A stretch of 64,000 nucleotides of DNA from Podarcis tiliguerta (taxonomy: Eukaryota). Position numbers and translations under genes: made by a program. Location of the stretch: NCBI GenBank assembly GCA_965153285.1, contig OZ229115.1. One strand, given 5' to 3'. Shown here one piece after another: positions 62,720-64,000 of this stretch (position 1 is its first letter; each line of letters opens with the position of its first letter). A model generated the notes under the pieces. That model made no database searches and was not told the DNA's origin. It saw nothing but the letters and a program-made list of their open reading frames with translations.

Positions 62720-62863
62720 CATTGTGAGTACAGCGAGAAGACCAACAGGGATAGGATCTTGCTTTATCCTCTCTGCAGCCAGATCTACTAGTAGCATCAA
62801 CATGTTGTAGATTCCCTCATGGATTTCGGTACCCCATTTATGAACAGCGCTCGATGTCAACAG
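62720..62863 (-). CDS. USP24: USP24 exon 4
   Basis: LLTSSAVHKWGTEIHEGIYNMLMLLVDLAAERIKQDPIPVGLLAVLTM. Confidence 0.93.
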
Positions 62864-63500
62864 CTGCAAAGGAGCACAGTATGTGTTAAAATGCTGACAT
62901 GGATCTATAAGGGGGAAAAGAGGACCTTTTTGCCAGCCTTGAAATGCTTTTGGAGCTATCTATTTAGCAACAAACAACTTCTGAAGGCAGATTTTAAACC
63001 TGGAAAGAACAGCCGGCATCTACCTTAGCTCCCCATCCCAGTATTAAGAAGATTCAATTTTTAGTCATAGAATATTTAGAGAACACAACATCTTCAATAC
63101 ATTCCAAGACCAGAGGTGGCTAGGAGAACATCTTCACTTGGCATAACCTCACTAATCCACTTTAAAAAACCCCAAACTCCTGTCCTTATTCCTACAAACG
63201 TTTCTCAATAGCCCCATTCTCCTGTCCCCATTTGCTGTCCCAATAAAAATGACCTATTTTGTAGAACACCACAAAATTGCTGCAACATGAAAAAGAAAAA
63301 TCAAATGCAGCTCTGCAAATTTTAAGTAGAATAACACAATAGTATTTGTCAACCATGTCCATTATTGTAACTTGCCCTCTTCCTCCTTACTTGCTACAGT
63401 ATCAGAATGTAGCAAGCTGCCACTTTATGAGTTATATACCACCTACTCTCCTATCTACAGCACTAGATAGAATCCACTAGATAGAATCTCTTACACCTAC

Positions 63501-63568
63501 CTTTTTAAATGCTTCAGGCATACATCTGTCCATAAACCTTCTGCAGTTTTCATCAGAATCTGAAAGCC
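63501..63568 (-). CDS. USP24: USP24 exon 3
   Basis: LSDSDENCRRFMDRCMPEAFKK. Confidence 0.92.
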
Positions 63569-64000
63569 CTTATTTAACAGAGGGAAAAAGGAGGAGTTAG
63601 GATCCTGCAAAGTTTTGCAAGCTACGGACTGAAGCTCACAGGGCTACCCAAACAAGATTTTTGTTGGTTCACACAAACACTATTACTGCATACCAATTAT
63701 TTTAATAATGAAGAAACTCAAAGAAGTTATAGTTTTAATAAGGAGAAATGAATGAAATAAAACAGTGCATTTTTCTAAAAGTCAACAAAGAAGCAACAAT
63801 GCTTTCTAAAGCTCCATTTTTTGTGCTTAAAAGGAAGGGGCAAGGTATTGCTCACAAAGGCCAGGATCCAGAATACTATGAACAAAGGAGACTTTAGATA
63901 TTTTCTTATTCAACTGTGGGACTTTCAAAAGTAGTTTATGATATGGCACTGGAGTCAGAAATTCTATGAGGGTAGTTCACATGAGACAGAACAGCTCTAT

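Larger units (their letters stand above)
10091..63568 (-). other. USP24: USP24 (ubiquitin carboxyl-terminal hydrolase 24), exons 3-68; 5' end outside window
   Basis: 65 exons join into one 7325-nt frame; USP Cys box [19 protein letters not shown], His box VHSGQAHAGHYYSFIK, WFKFND; C-terminus SPMMIGEPKSDLDDVDP*. Confidence 0.98.

Noticed and set aside
568-63028. Most six-frame ORFs of 60-150 aa
   Set aside because: They are antisense shadows of real exons, read-through from exons into introns, or chance ORFs in repeats

Overview
Eukaryotic (vertebrate) genomic DNA, most likely from a lacertid-type lizard, judged from a Sauria SINE, Squam-type SINEs, CR1/L2/RTE fragments and hAT/Tc1-mariner MITEs. 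Two convergent genes fill the window. (1) The 3' end of PCSK9 lies on the + strand: five coding exons at 2187-5116, encoding the end of the catalytic domain and a complete Cys/His-rich C-terminal domain with all 18 cysteines. (2) USP24 lies on the - strand: 65 coding exons traced by hand from 63568 down to the stop at 10091, totalling 7325 nt in one continuous frame, with an intact Cys/His/Asn-Asp catalytic set; its first two exons lie beyond the window. The tail-to-tail PCSK9-USP24 arrangement matches known vertebrate synteny. I found no convincing novel biological system. The most interesting details are two GC-AG introns, a candidate HNF1/FOXA/GATA liver enhancer in a PCSK9 intron, candidate UG-repeat (TDP-43-type) cryptic exons, a duplicated splice donor that would create a poison extension, apparent absence of a 16-aa human USP24 exon, closely spaced convergent poly(A) signals, and nested or young transposons. 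Exon numbers follow recalled human numbering; repeat family names come from recalled motifs, not from a search.
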